A stretch of 64,000 nucleotides of DNA. Source: Fimbriosthenelais zetlandica (lineage: Eukaryota). The notes under the pieces were generated by a model. The model saw only the letters and a program-made list of their open reading frames with translations. It had not been told where the DNA came from and searched no databases. The position numbers and the translations under genes were made by a program. This document shows, in pieces, positions 24,801 to 36,900 of this stretch. Positions within the stretch are counted from its first letter, which is position 1. Each line of letters starts with the position of its first letter. Location: positions 28,210,001 through 28,274,000 of the forward strand of contig OZ365115.1 in assembly GCA_977030845.1 (NCBI GenBank), in the 5' to 3' direction.

Positions 24801-27800
24801 TTCTTACCATTGCTCTGTCAAACAGACTCGGGACGGTTGAGTGAGTTTGCTGTGTCACATATTCAGCATGGACGGGGTGTGTTCACATAAAGTAAATAGA
24901 CACATTGTAACATAAAAGCTTCATGCGATTTCAGGCTTATTTATCATGTTTAGATAAGAAATGGCATGATTTTCTGCCGATTCTTGTAATATTTAATATT
25001 GTTAGATCAATCAGAGAAAACAACTCAAAAATTCAAACTTGCCAGAGATGTATTATTAGGGTGGCAGCGAGGGAATAGATTTTAACAGTTAATTTAATAG
25101 AAAATATTAATAATTATTCATGTTAAATAAACTAAAGCCCAGTATTATGAAAAGGTCTGAAATATTAATTGTTTCAAATGGAACAAAAAAATTACTCTAA
25201 CCATACTTGGGGACTAATAAAATTAATTTTGTTGATGAGCAGCTTGCTAATGGCAGAATAATAGGATCTGTTGGATGTCCAACCCATGGAATAACAAATT
25301 GTTCAGAAAACTGTAGATCACGAAAATTACTGACGAGGATGCATTAATTACTTCTGTATCCAGTTGGGAATTGTGCGACTTTTCGCAGGAACATGCCGAA
25401 CTGTCATGATTTCTATTTATATACTTATTCCCAGGTCATGAATAGAAGTTACATATGATAAAAATAGCCTCTACGACTACTAGTTGTCATAACTACCACA
25501 TAGATCTGTAGAATCAGAAATGTAAATATTATAAAAGTACCCAGCAATACTAGCTATTCTTCTGCTTCATATTGTCTGGCAACAGACGTCAAGAAATCTT
25601 GTATTATGAAAAAAAAACTTTTAAAATGACCCAGTTTTAGAATGCCCACACTTATGATGTAATCAAATGTTTGTGGTCATGCTTCTGCTCCACAATATGG
25701 TGCATTCGTGACCGACAACCATTATTTTCTAAGTATAGTCCTATACTGGGAATGTGCTACTGACAGTGCCTGTGCAACTAATATACATTTATTAAATTCG
25801 TTTATAATCAAAACAATATCGTTCTTTTAAGAAACCAAATAGAAAGAACTCCTAAATACATGCCTTAAATTATTGCCTGATTGCAATATCAGTCATAAAT
25901 TTGTGAAAAATGAATCCCAATCAATTTCTTAACGCCTCAATACAAATATTTTTCACCTCAGAATCATGTCTATAACAGAAGTTTATTGTTCACTCAGCTG
26001 AGCCAACCCTTAAATGGTTCGCTTCACAAGGTCATATTAATAGGATAATAAAATGTAGGGTTAAACATTTCATTGATCCATAGGTCATTGAGCACAGAGG
26101 ATTTGAACAACCGAGTAATAATGCTTCTCTATACATGAACATTACTTTTTTATAGAAATGTTAGTACGGATAATCGAATAGTCAAGAACCGAATATTAGC
26201 TAATAGACATAACAATGCTAGTTTCTCTATGGAGAGAAACCTCGGGATATGCATATGCCTTGGATCAACAGTATATTGGTTCCCATCACCTTTCTTTTAA
26301 GTAAACAAATTGTTAGAAATTTTGTGATGTCCAGTTCCTAAAGGCAACCCTTATCACGCTTTGTTCATATTCTTGAGTTTCTCGATATTATTTTAAAAGA
26401 AAACCTCCACTTACCAATATGTATATGCGTGCCTATAGATCACCCCATGCAAGCGTCCCATATATATACAGAAACTTGGTATATTAGGCCTATGTATACA
26501 TGTAGATGTCCTCTACCTTGATGTAGTCACCTAACAATGAGACCTTTATGTTGGTACAACTATTATATACAGCCTTCATACGTATACCAATGCTACCACC
26601 ACACTCCCACATATTTAATCCTTCTTAAGACATACAACAATTCAAGGCACAGCCACAGAACAATGGTCCTTTTTATAGCAAGGCTCTTTTATAAAAGTGT
26701 TTGGAAAGATGCAGGGCTTGGGTAATATATAGCCTAAAGTGTAACACGCCGGGGTAATTCCTTTATACATTTGGAGTATTACAGACTAAGCTTGGCTATT
26801 GATCCACTGAAGGCTTAAGGGCTTATAGGAAAGCATTAAGATGTGCATGAAAAGGGACTAAATACTAGCGTGCTTTATGTCTTCAATGGATCTGTCCAAG
26901 CATGTAGGGTTATTGCCTATTTAATATACCACTAGGACCTTTGTCTTTAATGAATTTAAGAATATAAGAATTATCTCAAAGAATCTTACGACAAATGTGG
27001 CTCCCTGGCCAAAATTGTCCAGTATTAATTGATCAGTATCTTTGGCTAAGTTATTCAAGAAATTATATGTCCTTGAAAAATTATTATAACCATTATAAAG
27101 GCCGACTCAACATAGTAGTCGGGTATTTAAACTATGCATGCAGGCCCTACGGTAAAAAGAAATTTATTTCCTCAGATAAGCCTTATAATGTTGCTGTGCT
27201 ACCAGAATGCAACCTATTTATTTTGGTGCAATTATGCGAATTAAAGGGATGCCAAACAGTTGATATAAAGTTATTTTCCTATGTATTTCTGACCTTAGAG
27301 ATTCGATTTCACTACAAATTTAGCTGGGTGATTTTAAGGAGAAATCAATTCCTAAACAGTCACATCTTTCAGTAAATATGATGTCACTGGGTGTCACATT
27401 GTGTTGGTTAGGCAATCATAATGAGGAAGGGGTTGGTGTATTGCAATTTGTCTACACTGGGGACCCCGCCATCTAAAAGTTCAGTCTCAGTGGCGCCACC
27501 AATGTATAACAATTATTGGCAATGCCCAACCATTTCCTCATTCCGATTAGCTAACTGACACTATATGACATCATCCATGTTTTCCATCCCTTTAAGATGA
27601 ATTTTGGAAATCGGCAACAGACACACTAAATCAACCGAGAGCCCTGGAGCATCTTATGGTGGACTATTATAATCTGGATGTTTTATTACTTTTATTTTCA
27701 AAATGTTCTATCTATGACACTATGTATCCACAGATGACATTATGATAAGCCTATTGTTATTGTAACATAAAAATATGAGAGGTATATGATTGCTATTGGT

Positions 27801-28140
27801 ATTTATAACAAAGAATGGTTGAAGCCTTACATTATATCCTAACAAGATGCAATTTATGAGAACAGACTAATTCTGCTCTACCAGGTTGTCAGTGAGGCAA
27901 CAGCAGTACATTTCAGAGCCAGAGAAATACTTGTTTTTGAAAGACCTTGAAACAACAGCTCATTACCATAGCGGGCCTATACAGTACTTTTAAATATACC
28001 AGAGATCTGGAAAGCATTTTATCCTTATTGCAAAATATATTGTACTTAAATCAATCTTCAATCTACCAAGATCTACCAATTTGGGGCGACAAAGTAAACT
28101 TGATTCGTCTGTCAAAACAACATTCTACATTCGTTCGTAG

Positions 28141-29795
28141 ATGAAAATGCCAAGAATAAAGAAGGTATGTCACTTTATATATCATTATATAATGTAACAT
28201 TTTTTCTGTATTATGGTATATTATATCTAAGTACAAATGTACTAAAATCTAGCCAGGAAAGTGAAGCCCCCTAGAGTAAAGTCCGGCCCCGGGAAAGTGA
28301 AGCCCCCTATACTAAAATCTAGCCAGGAAAGTGGCGCCCCCTAGATTAAAATCTGGCCCCAGGAAAGTGAAGCCCCCTATAGGGCCTACATGTCCAGAAA
28401 AACTGAGCTTTGCCACTATAATTATATGTTAACACCCCTAATGTAAATTATATATTGGTTACTTTTCTATTATTTCTTAAGGTTTTGGTTTACATGGTCA
28501 CATTTTTCCTGTTATTGGTTTTATCGTGGATGGGGAAGCATCATATCACCAGTTCTGAAGTTGTGACCAGTCATCCAATGACATCGCATTGTCAGCCTCC
28601 TACAAAATTATACTACCTCAGAATTCATAAGACAGGGTCATCCACATTCTACAATATCATTAATCGCTTTGCAATTCAACATAATTTACGAATGGCCACA
28701 TATGGCAAAGTACCATACGCATTTTGGTTTGGTAGGGAGGTTAGAGCTATAGATGAGTCTATCATACCTCAATATGAACCTGGTAAATCATTGCCATATG
28801 ACGTCATATCTGACCACTCAATATACAAACGTGGAGAGATAGTTAAAGTTTTAGGACCAAACTTCCAATCTGTGACGTTTTTGAGGAATCCTACGTCACA
28901 CATTCGATCATTTATTGTTTATTATAGACAAGGGCATCAACCTTCACTTCTTCAACAAAACACGTCTGTAGCCGCACTTCAGAACTATGTCCAACAACAT
29001 CGTGACAACAAAGATTTCATGCAGGTTATCTCCAATCTCTCTGCAAAGGCCTTTGGATACGAGCCTTATTTCTCTCAGGACATCATTAATTTGTATACTC
29101 AACATATCAAAGACGTTTTCTTTGTCGGTATTACAGATTATTACATTGAGTCGCTCATAATGTTACGACATCGTCTGTGCTGGGAATGGCGAGATATTTT
29201 ATATTTTTATCTGAGAGCATCACAGAGAACGAAAGAGGAAACTTATTTTATGAGAAATCAAAGTGTTCCTCAGCTCCTCCTCACAGACTGGGTTTGTCAG
29301 ATATCACCGATTGATTGTCGTTTATATATAGCCTTCAATACCACACTATGGACATTTATCCAAGATGGCGGCCATGATATCAAGAATGAAATCCAGAAAT
29401 TTAAGCTACTACTACAGGAAGCTGTTAAATATTGTGATCCGATATTTAAAAAACTGAAATCTGCAAAGACAATTAAAGAAAAGAACGCAGTGTGGAAAAT
29501 AAAACCTCTCTATATAAGTGCTTCTAAATACAACAGGGACTTCCTTATTGAGCCAAAAACATGTGCCATTATGAAATTGAATGGAGGGTCATTTTCGAAA
29601 TACTTGTACTTCCAACAAAACTTTTCACTATGTGAAAAATACATGAATGAAACCTCACTTTGCCCATCTAATCTAAGAACATTCCATAGATCAAGCTGTC
29701 ACAGAATATGTAGACGATCTAAAAGGTCAGATGATCTCTTACCCAATCTGTTAAATGAACCTGATATATTTGTTAGGGATGGGCTATTTATTTGA
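28141..29795 (+). CDS. Galactose-3-O-sulfotransferase-like protein, copy 1 (~445 aa)
   Basis: Small first coding exon 28141-28164 (MKMPRIKK|gtatgt) plus catalytic exon 28482-29795 (ttaag|GTT, phase 0). TM anchor, 5'-PSB YYLRIHKTGSST, 3'-PB TFLRNPTSHIRS, FFVGITDYYIESLIMLRHRLCW, typical of the Gal-3-O-sulfotransferase family. Confidence 0.9.
28240..28380 (+). repeat. ~35-bp minisatellite x4 with alternating A/B units
   Basis: Core GGAAAGTG(AA/GC)GCCCCCTA repeated 4 times, with alternating linkers TACTAAAATCTAGCCA and GA(G/T)TAAA(G/A)TC(C/T)GGCCCC(G/A). Lies in the intron of sulfotransferase copy 1. Confidence 0.9.
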
Positions 29796-30002
29796 TATGG
29801 TGGCTCCCAGCAATGTTTAAGATGTTGTACCCATCACTATAAATGCTGACGTGTGTACTTGCATACCTTGTATACTCGATATTCGTCAAGACGGTTACAA
29901 ATCACTTCATGAAGGCGAGTGATACTGAACTATATGAGAGAGTCTGAATCTTGAATGAAAATAATATTATTTAAGATGTGTTTCTTTCCTATAATTCTTT
30001 AG

Positions 30003-31325
30003 GTTGTCGGTTGCGGGATGATCTCAGCATTTGTCTTGTCATTGGTATTGTTATGGATGAGTACGCATTATATCAACACTTTTGACATTGTCTCCAGTGA
30101 TACAATTACATCGCCTTGTCAGCCTCCAACCAAATTATACTACCTTAGAATTCATAAAACAGGCTCAAGTTCATTTTACAGCGTTATTAATCGCTATGCA
30201 ATCCAACATAATTTACGAATGGCTACTTATGGCGAGAGACCATATAACCTTTCAAAGGTTAGACGCATAGATGAGTCTATCATACCTCAATATGAACCTG
30301 GTAAATCATTGCCATATGACGTCATATCTGACCACTCAATATACAAACGTGGAGAGATAGTTAAAGTTTTAGGACCAAACTTCCAATCTGTGACGTTTTT
30401 GAGGAATCCTACGTCACACCTTCGATCATTTATTGTTTATTTTAGTCACGGACATCGACCTTCACTTCTTCAACTAAACACGTCTGTAGCCGCACTTCAG
30501 AACTATGTCCAACAACATCGTGACAACAAAGATTTCATGCAGGTTATCTCCAATCTCTCTGCAAAGGCTTTTGGATACGAGCATTATTTCTCTCATGACT
30601 TCATTGATTTGTATACTCAACATATCAAAGACGTTTTCTTTGTCGGTATTACAGATTATTACATTGAGTCGCTCATAATGTTACGACATCGTCTGTGCTG
30701 GGAATGGCGAGATATTTTATATTTTTATCTGAGAGCATCACAGAAAACGACAGAGAAAACGTATTTCATGAGAAATCAAAGTGTTCCTCAGCTTCTCCTC
30801 ACAGACTGGGTTTGTCAGATATCACCGATTGATTGCCGTTTATATATAGCCTTCAATACCACACTATGGACATTTATCCAAGATGGCGGCCATGATATAA
30901 AGAATGAAATCCAGGAATTTAAGCTTTTACTTCAGGAAGCTGTTGAATATTGCGATCCCATATTTAAAAAACTGAAATCTGCCAAGACAATTAAAGAAAA
31001 GAACGCAGTGTGGAAAATAAAACCTCTGTATATAAGTGCTTCTAAATACAACAGGGACTTCCTTATTGAGCCAAAAACATGTGCCATTCTGAAACTGAAC
31101 GGAGAGTCATTTTCAAAATACTTTTATTTCAAACAGAACTTGTCCTTTTGTGAAAAATACCAGGATGAGACCAAGCTTTGTCCAACTTATATGATTGCAT
31201 TACGTAAAGTAAACTGTCACAGAATATGCAGACGATCGAAAACACATGGTGACCTCTTACATAATCTATTAAATGAACCCGATATATTTGTTAGGGATGG
31301 GGTATTTGAGGTCTTGGGTAAATAA
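30003..31325 (+). CDS. Galactose-3-O-sulfotransferase-like catalytic exon, copy 2 (first exon unresolved)
   Basis: Intact 1323-nt phase-0 exon after a clear acceptor (tttctttcctataattctttag|GTTGTC) with the same motifs as copy 1. AATAAA overlaps the stop at 31321-31326. Only ~207 bp separate it from the copy 1 stop. Confidence 0.85.
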   Translation, partial: VVGCGMISAFVLSLVLLWMSTHYINTFDIVSSDTITSPCQPPTKLYYLRIHKTGSSSFYSVINRYAIQHNLRMATYGERPYNLSKVRRIDESIIPQYEPGKSLPYDVISDHSIYKRGEIVKVLGPNFQSVTFLRNPTSHLRSFIVYFSHGHRPSLLQLNTSVAALQNYVQQHRDNKDFMQVISNLSAKAFGYEHYFSHDFIDLYTQHIKDVFFVGITDYYIESLIMLRHRLCWEWRDILYFYLRASQKTTEKTYFMRNQSVPQLLLTDWVCQISPIDCRLYIAFNTTLWTFIQDGGHDIKNEIQEFKLLLQEAVEYCDPIFKKLKSAKTIKEKNAVWKIKPLYISASKYNRDFLIEPKTCAILKLNGESFSKYFYFKQNLSFCEKYQDETKLCPTYMIALRKVNCHRICRRSKTHGDLLHNLLNEPDIFVRDGVFEVLGK

Positions 31326-31516
31326 AGCATTGGACCAAAGGGTGGAGAAACTATAATTATATATAAGAGGTCTATGTTGCTTATTGCAGGTAGAAAGCCT
31401 GGTAATTATTTATTATCAATAAAGAACAATTTAAACTTCCGACTTAAAAATGTTGGATTTATTTCTTTTTTGGAAGACCGCGCAGGGCCAGATGGAGGAC
31501 CCTGGCTGATCTGGAG

Positions 31517-31539
31517 TGACGTCATGAGGTGTGACGTCA
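31517..31539 (+). promoter_or_regulatory. Two consensus CRE palindromes upstream of sulfotransferase copy 3
   Basis: TGACGTCA at 31517-31524 and 31532-31539, directly followed by a G|GTGAGT donor-like site at 31542 (possible non-coding first exon). Confidence 0.4.
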
Positions 31540-31961
31540 GGGTGAGTTATGGTTGAGTAGTGAGCGAAAGGTTGGCATAGGGAGAAATGAGTCTGAGCTG
31601 TCTGTAATGCGTAGACATTTGATAAACAAATGACCACCATATGCTCTACATAATAAAATATGACAGGAAGATAATAAAATACTAAGTTTATGAAAGCACT
31701 GCATGGAATATTATCAAACTGCTAAAACAATTGCAGCAGGTTGTCGGCACATAAAATGTTATGGTCATTAGCAGATCAAACTTGGAAGAACAAAGCACTT
31801 TAAACAGGAATACAGACATTGTGTTTCACTTTGAACTACTGCCTTAGCAGGACATTCTCTGGTTGAAAATCTCACTCAAACTCCATTGTGGAAAAGGGGT
31901 AGTGGCTTCAACAACGCTTAGTTTGGATAAAAGGAAACTCGGTGCACTGGATCTAGAGTGG

Positions 31962-33536
31962 ATGATGATGTCAAAAATGAATAGAAAGGTAAGCTACATA
32001 CGAGACACATGTAGGAGCTTTAAATTTACATTATTACGTTGCATTAATCAAGTGGGAACATGATTGTATAGTATAATGAAAACATTCGTAATCTAGACCA
32101 ATGACAAGAGGGGATGATGCTACGATTGTTGCTGCCAGAGGTCAGAATATAATTTATACATTTCTAAGTTAGGTCTATATTAAAAAAATAATGAATTTCA
32201 AAATTAAAGAAAATTCTATGGATTCAATTTCTAGGTTGTCGGTTACGGGATGATCACAACTTTTGTCTTGTCATTGGTTTTGTTATGGATGAGGAATCAT
32301 TACATCACCAAATCTGACATTGTCCCCAGTGATAAAAATACATTGGCTTATCAGAGGCCCCCCACAAAGTTCTACTATCTTAAAATCCATAAAACCGGCT
32401 CTACCACATTCTTCAACATTATTAATCGCTATGCAATCCAACATAATTTACGAATGGCCACTTATGGTTTGCGACCATACAATGGTGGGAAAGTTAGACG
32501 CATAGATGTGTTAATCAAACCACATTATGAACCTGGTACATCATTACAATATGACGTCATATCTGACCACTCAATATACAAACGTGGAGAGATAGTCAAT
32601 GTTTTAGGACCAGACTTCAAATGTTTGACGTTTGTGAGGAATCCTACATCACACCTTCGATCATTTATTGTTTATTTTGGACAAGGATATCGACCTTCAC
32701 TTCTTCAACTAAACACGTCTGTAGCCGCACTTCAGAATTATGTCCAACAACATCGTGACAACAAAGATTTCATGCGATTCATCTCCAATATTTCAGCAAA
32801 GGCCTTTGGATACGAGCCTTATTTATCTCAAGACTTCATTGATTTGTATACTCAACATATCAAAGACGTTTTCTTTGTCGGTATTACAGATTATTACATT
32901 GAGTCGCTCATAATGTTACGACATCGTCTGTGCTGGGAATGGCGAGATATTTTATACTTTTATCTGAGAGCATCACATAAAACGACAGAGGAAACGTATT
33001 TCATGAGAAATCAAAGTGATCCTCAGCTCCTCCTCACAGACTGGGTTTGTCAGATATCACCGATTGATTGTCGTTTATATATAGCTTTTAACACCACACT
33101 TTGGACATTTATCCAAGATGGCGGCCAAGATATCAAACATGAAATCCAGGCATTTAAGTTTCTTCTGCAGGAGGCTGTTGAATATTGCGATCCCATATTT
33201 AAGAAATTAAAATCTGCGAAGACAACTGAAGAAAAAAACACAGTGTGGAAAATAAAACCTCTGTATATAGGTGATTCGAAATACAACAAGGACTTTCTTA
33301 TTGAACCCAAAACATGTGCCATTCTGAAACTGAAGGAATATTACTTTTCTGTCTACTTTTACTTCACACAGAACATGTCCCTATGCGAAAAATACAGTGA
33401 TAAGACCACAAGTTGTCCAAATTATCTAAGAGGAATGCAGAGATCAAGTTGCCACAGACTATGCAGAGGATCAAAAACATCACAAGATCTTTTATCTAAT
33501 TTATTAAATGAACCTGAAGTATTTCTCATGAATTAG
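31962..33536 (+). CDS. Galactose-3-O-sulfotransferase-like protein, copy 3 (~442 aa)
   Basis: First coding exon 31962-31988 (MMMSKMNRK|gtaagc) plus catalytic exon 32235-33536 (ttctag|GTTGTC, phase 0). Motifs FYYLKIHKTGSTT, TFVRNPTSHLRS. Confidence 0.88.
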
Positions 33537-33982
33537 AAATATGGCTGAGCAGTCTTTACTAATAATGAGAAAATGTTCTGGATGAGTAATCCATGTTATT
33601 CCATCTCAATTTTGAGCTCTTACTTTTCTTTTCTTTTCAAAATTGTATAAATTATTTCCCCTGAATACCGTCAATTGTACAACTATAGTCTAAAGCATTG
33701 TTGTGTAATGTTGTGTTGTTCTAAAGACTTACTCTATCAGTCGGATTTTATGGACCATATAGTCACTGTGATTAGGTGAATACCAGCTGATGCAGCACAG
33801 ATGCAAGAACCTATATGAAATCTAATGTTAGTTGTAATGTTCTGCACAGCTGCTAGTCAGTAAAACCAGCCCTTACTCCATACAGTCTGGGCAGAGCAGA
33901 GATGGATACTCTGTCTACACAGCTGTATGATTGACATAAATTCATTTATGGCACTCCCTATATAATGGAACTTAAATGGTAC

Positions 33983-36900
33983 TTATAATGTTGCTTGTTT
34001 TTCAAGCACTATTTTTTCAGAAGGTCCACATGGATCACATTGTGATAGGGGTTTCAGTTCTACAGTTTTCTCGTCTCGTTTTTTCCAGTCAATCAATAGC
34101 TTCAATGGACATATGAGTGATAAAATTAGACCAGCCATTATCATACCATTGACCTGAAAAAATAATTGATTACTTTGGTACATGAAAGAAAAATATGTCC
34201 ATATCAAGATATTTAAATTAATCAACCGAGACATGAAGTACTTGATAAATAAGAAGACAAGAAAACAAGAACAGAAAATTAGAAAATAAATACAATTTTT
34301 ATACTATACAAGTATCAAAAAAATGAATTAAATGTGAAATTAAATATGAACATTTTGTAAATAATAGTACCTGGTCAAAGGTTCCTGTCCTTTTCACCCA
34401 CAATAAGTAAGGATATGTTATGAAAGCGGATACACCTATACCGATGCGAGTTATCCCACTCACAATTCCGAATATACTCACTGGAAGACTGACAGAAATA
34501 AATAAATACAATTAAAATTTAACTTATCCAATTGTCATTGTTTTTTAAAAACATTATCATCATAAACTTAAATTTAAAACATCAAGGACGTCAACAGTTA
34601 TGTTGTTAAAAAGAAAAGCAAAATGGCATGTTATGTACTAGTGACATCTGATCGAGTAGTTTATACTTTAGCCAGATTCGAAAAATTATGTAACAGCTGT
34701 GTTCAATCTACTTACTGAGGTAACTAATATATCATTGTGAAAACGGAACTTAAAATTGTTTCCTTTCGAGAAGAAAACTGAAACATAATCTTAACTCACG
34801 TTGCTACCAGATACGATGTGGCAGTTGCGTAGATAAATGTCCTGGTGAAACTAGATATCATGATAGAAGCGTAAACAGACGACTCCCCATCACAGAAGAG
34901 AGCTATCGTCAGAGAAATGGTCAAAAGGCTGGTCACAAATATGGGCGAAATGGTCGCGGCTGACGCTACTGCACTTTGGCTTGTAGAAATATTAGCTGGA
35001 ACAAATTGATTTATTTTCTGGATAAAATACAGGCTAGTCAAATAAACAGAGTGGTGCCGAGTCTATCATAGTGTGGGTTGGACAAGGGAAGTTCCATAAT
35101 AGTAAATTCAAACCAAATATCAATATATCACAATATTAAGCCACTCTGATGACTTCCGGGAATAGGGCGCTGGTCAGCCGTTGCTGGACCAAGGTCTATT
35201 TCGGTAGCTGCTAGCCTATCACCAAAGTTCTTGGTATAAATCTGTCCCTGTCTTCCCAAAGGGGTTGAACAATTTTATACTGAAGTTTACTTTTAAAATT
35301 ATTGAAACCAACTTGAGAAATACTCACAGAGTTTCTTTCTTCCTATATCCATCATGATGCCAGGAATAAGAGTAGAAATCATGCCTAATACAAAACCTCC
35401 ATAGGCGAAGACGTCAGTAAAATAACTCACTGAAATAAGTGTGACAATTCTCAGTGTCGAGTAGTAGTAGTTTACTGAACAGTTGGTGTGAGCATGGTGA
35501 GGAGCAATGACTCATTTGTAAACTCGAAAATCATGATGCAATGAATAAGGAGTAAGTATTGCACAACCTACTCAGTTACTCAAAATGGTGAGGCAATGGA
35601 TAAGGAGTAAGTATGGTGTGCAGACTTTTTTTATGGTATGCAGACTTTTTTCACTGTTTGTAGACTTTTTCTCAATCTTATATGTTCATTTTTGAATCCT
35701 GTATGACATTTCACATCACTGTCAACGTGTACTTTTCTCATTCAATGCTCAAACGAGGAAATTGGACTAAATTGGACTTTTGAGAGATCCTTCATGAAAA
35801 GAAAACATGCAGCTAGATTGTGGTTTATTACTATTATCTATTATTTACAATTTTTCTCTATTTTTTAAAATATTTTTTACTATTATTTAATATTTTTTAC
35901 TATATTTTACTAGAATCTACTATTATCTACTATTTTTTACTATTATCTACTATTATTTACTATTTTTCTCTATTTTCTACTTTTTTTTACCATTATTTAC
36001 TATTATTTACTATTTTTCTCTATTTTCTACTGTTTTTTACTATTATTTACTAATTTCTCTATTTTTGATAGTAAATAATAGTAAAAAACAGTTTTTTACA
36101 ATTTTCTACTATTTTTCTCTATTTTTGATAGTAAATAATAGTAAAAAACAGTAGAAAATAGAGAAAAATAGTAAATAATAGTAAAAAACAGTAGAAAATA
36201 GAGAAAAATAGTAAATAATAGTAAAAAACAGTTGAAAATAGAGAAAAATAGTAAATAATAGTAAAAAACAGTTGAAAATAGAGAAAAATAGTAAATAATA
36301 GTTAGAAACAGTTGAAAATAGAGAAAAATAGTAAATAATAGTAAAAAACAGTAGATAATAGTAAAAAAACAGTAGAAAATAGAGAAAAATAGTAAATAAT
36401 AGTAAATGATAGTAAATAATAGTAAAAAATAGAGAAAAAATAGTAAATAATGGTAAGAAACAGTAGATAATAAGAGAAAAACAGTAGATAATAGTAAAAA
36501 AACAGTAGAAAATAGAGAAAAATAGTGAAAAATAGTAAATGATAGTAAATAATAGTAAAAAATAGAGAAAAATAGTAAATAATAGTAAGAAACAGTAGAT
36601 AATAAGAGAAAAATAGTAAATAATAGTAAAAAACTGTTGAAAATAGAGAAAAATAGTAAATAATATTGTTTTATTCTGTACCACTGTACCTCTGTCCAAT
36701 TTATTATTGACCCGATCCGTCATCCAAGCATCGAAACCATTAGACATCATCAGGACACGTACATGTAGAGCACAGAACCAATATAGAAAAAGGAAATATG
36801 TTAGAGAAAAGACATAACTTTTCAGTTCAGAATGTTGTCTAGGATATTTTCCATTATTAGTGGCAGCAGGATCCATTTCCTTAACATTACCTGAAAAGAA

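Noticed and set aside
27885-27960. ccag|GTTGTCAG resembling the start of a fourth sulfotransferase exon
   Set aside because: Similarity ends after 6-7 nt and the frame closes within ~22 codons with no motifs.
35820-36689. ORFs 35820..36053 and the F/Y/L-rich C-terminal part of 36109..36876
   Set aside because: These are translations of the AT-rich minisatellite. Only 36690-36890 is a real SLC43 exon (donor AG|gtacag at 36689).
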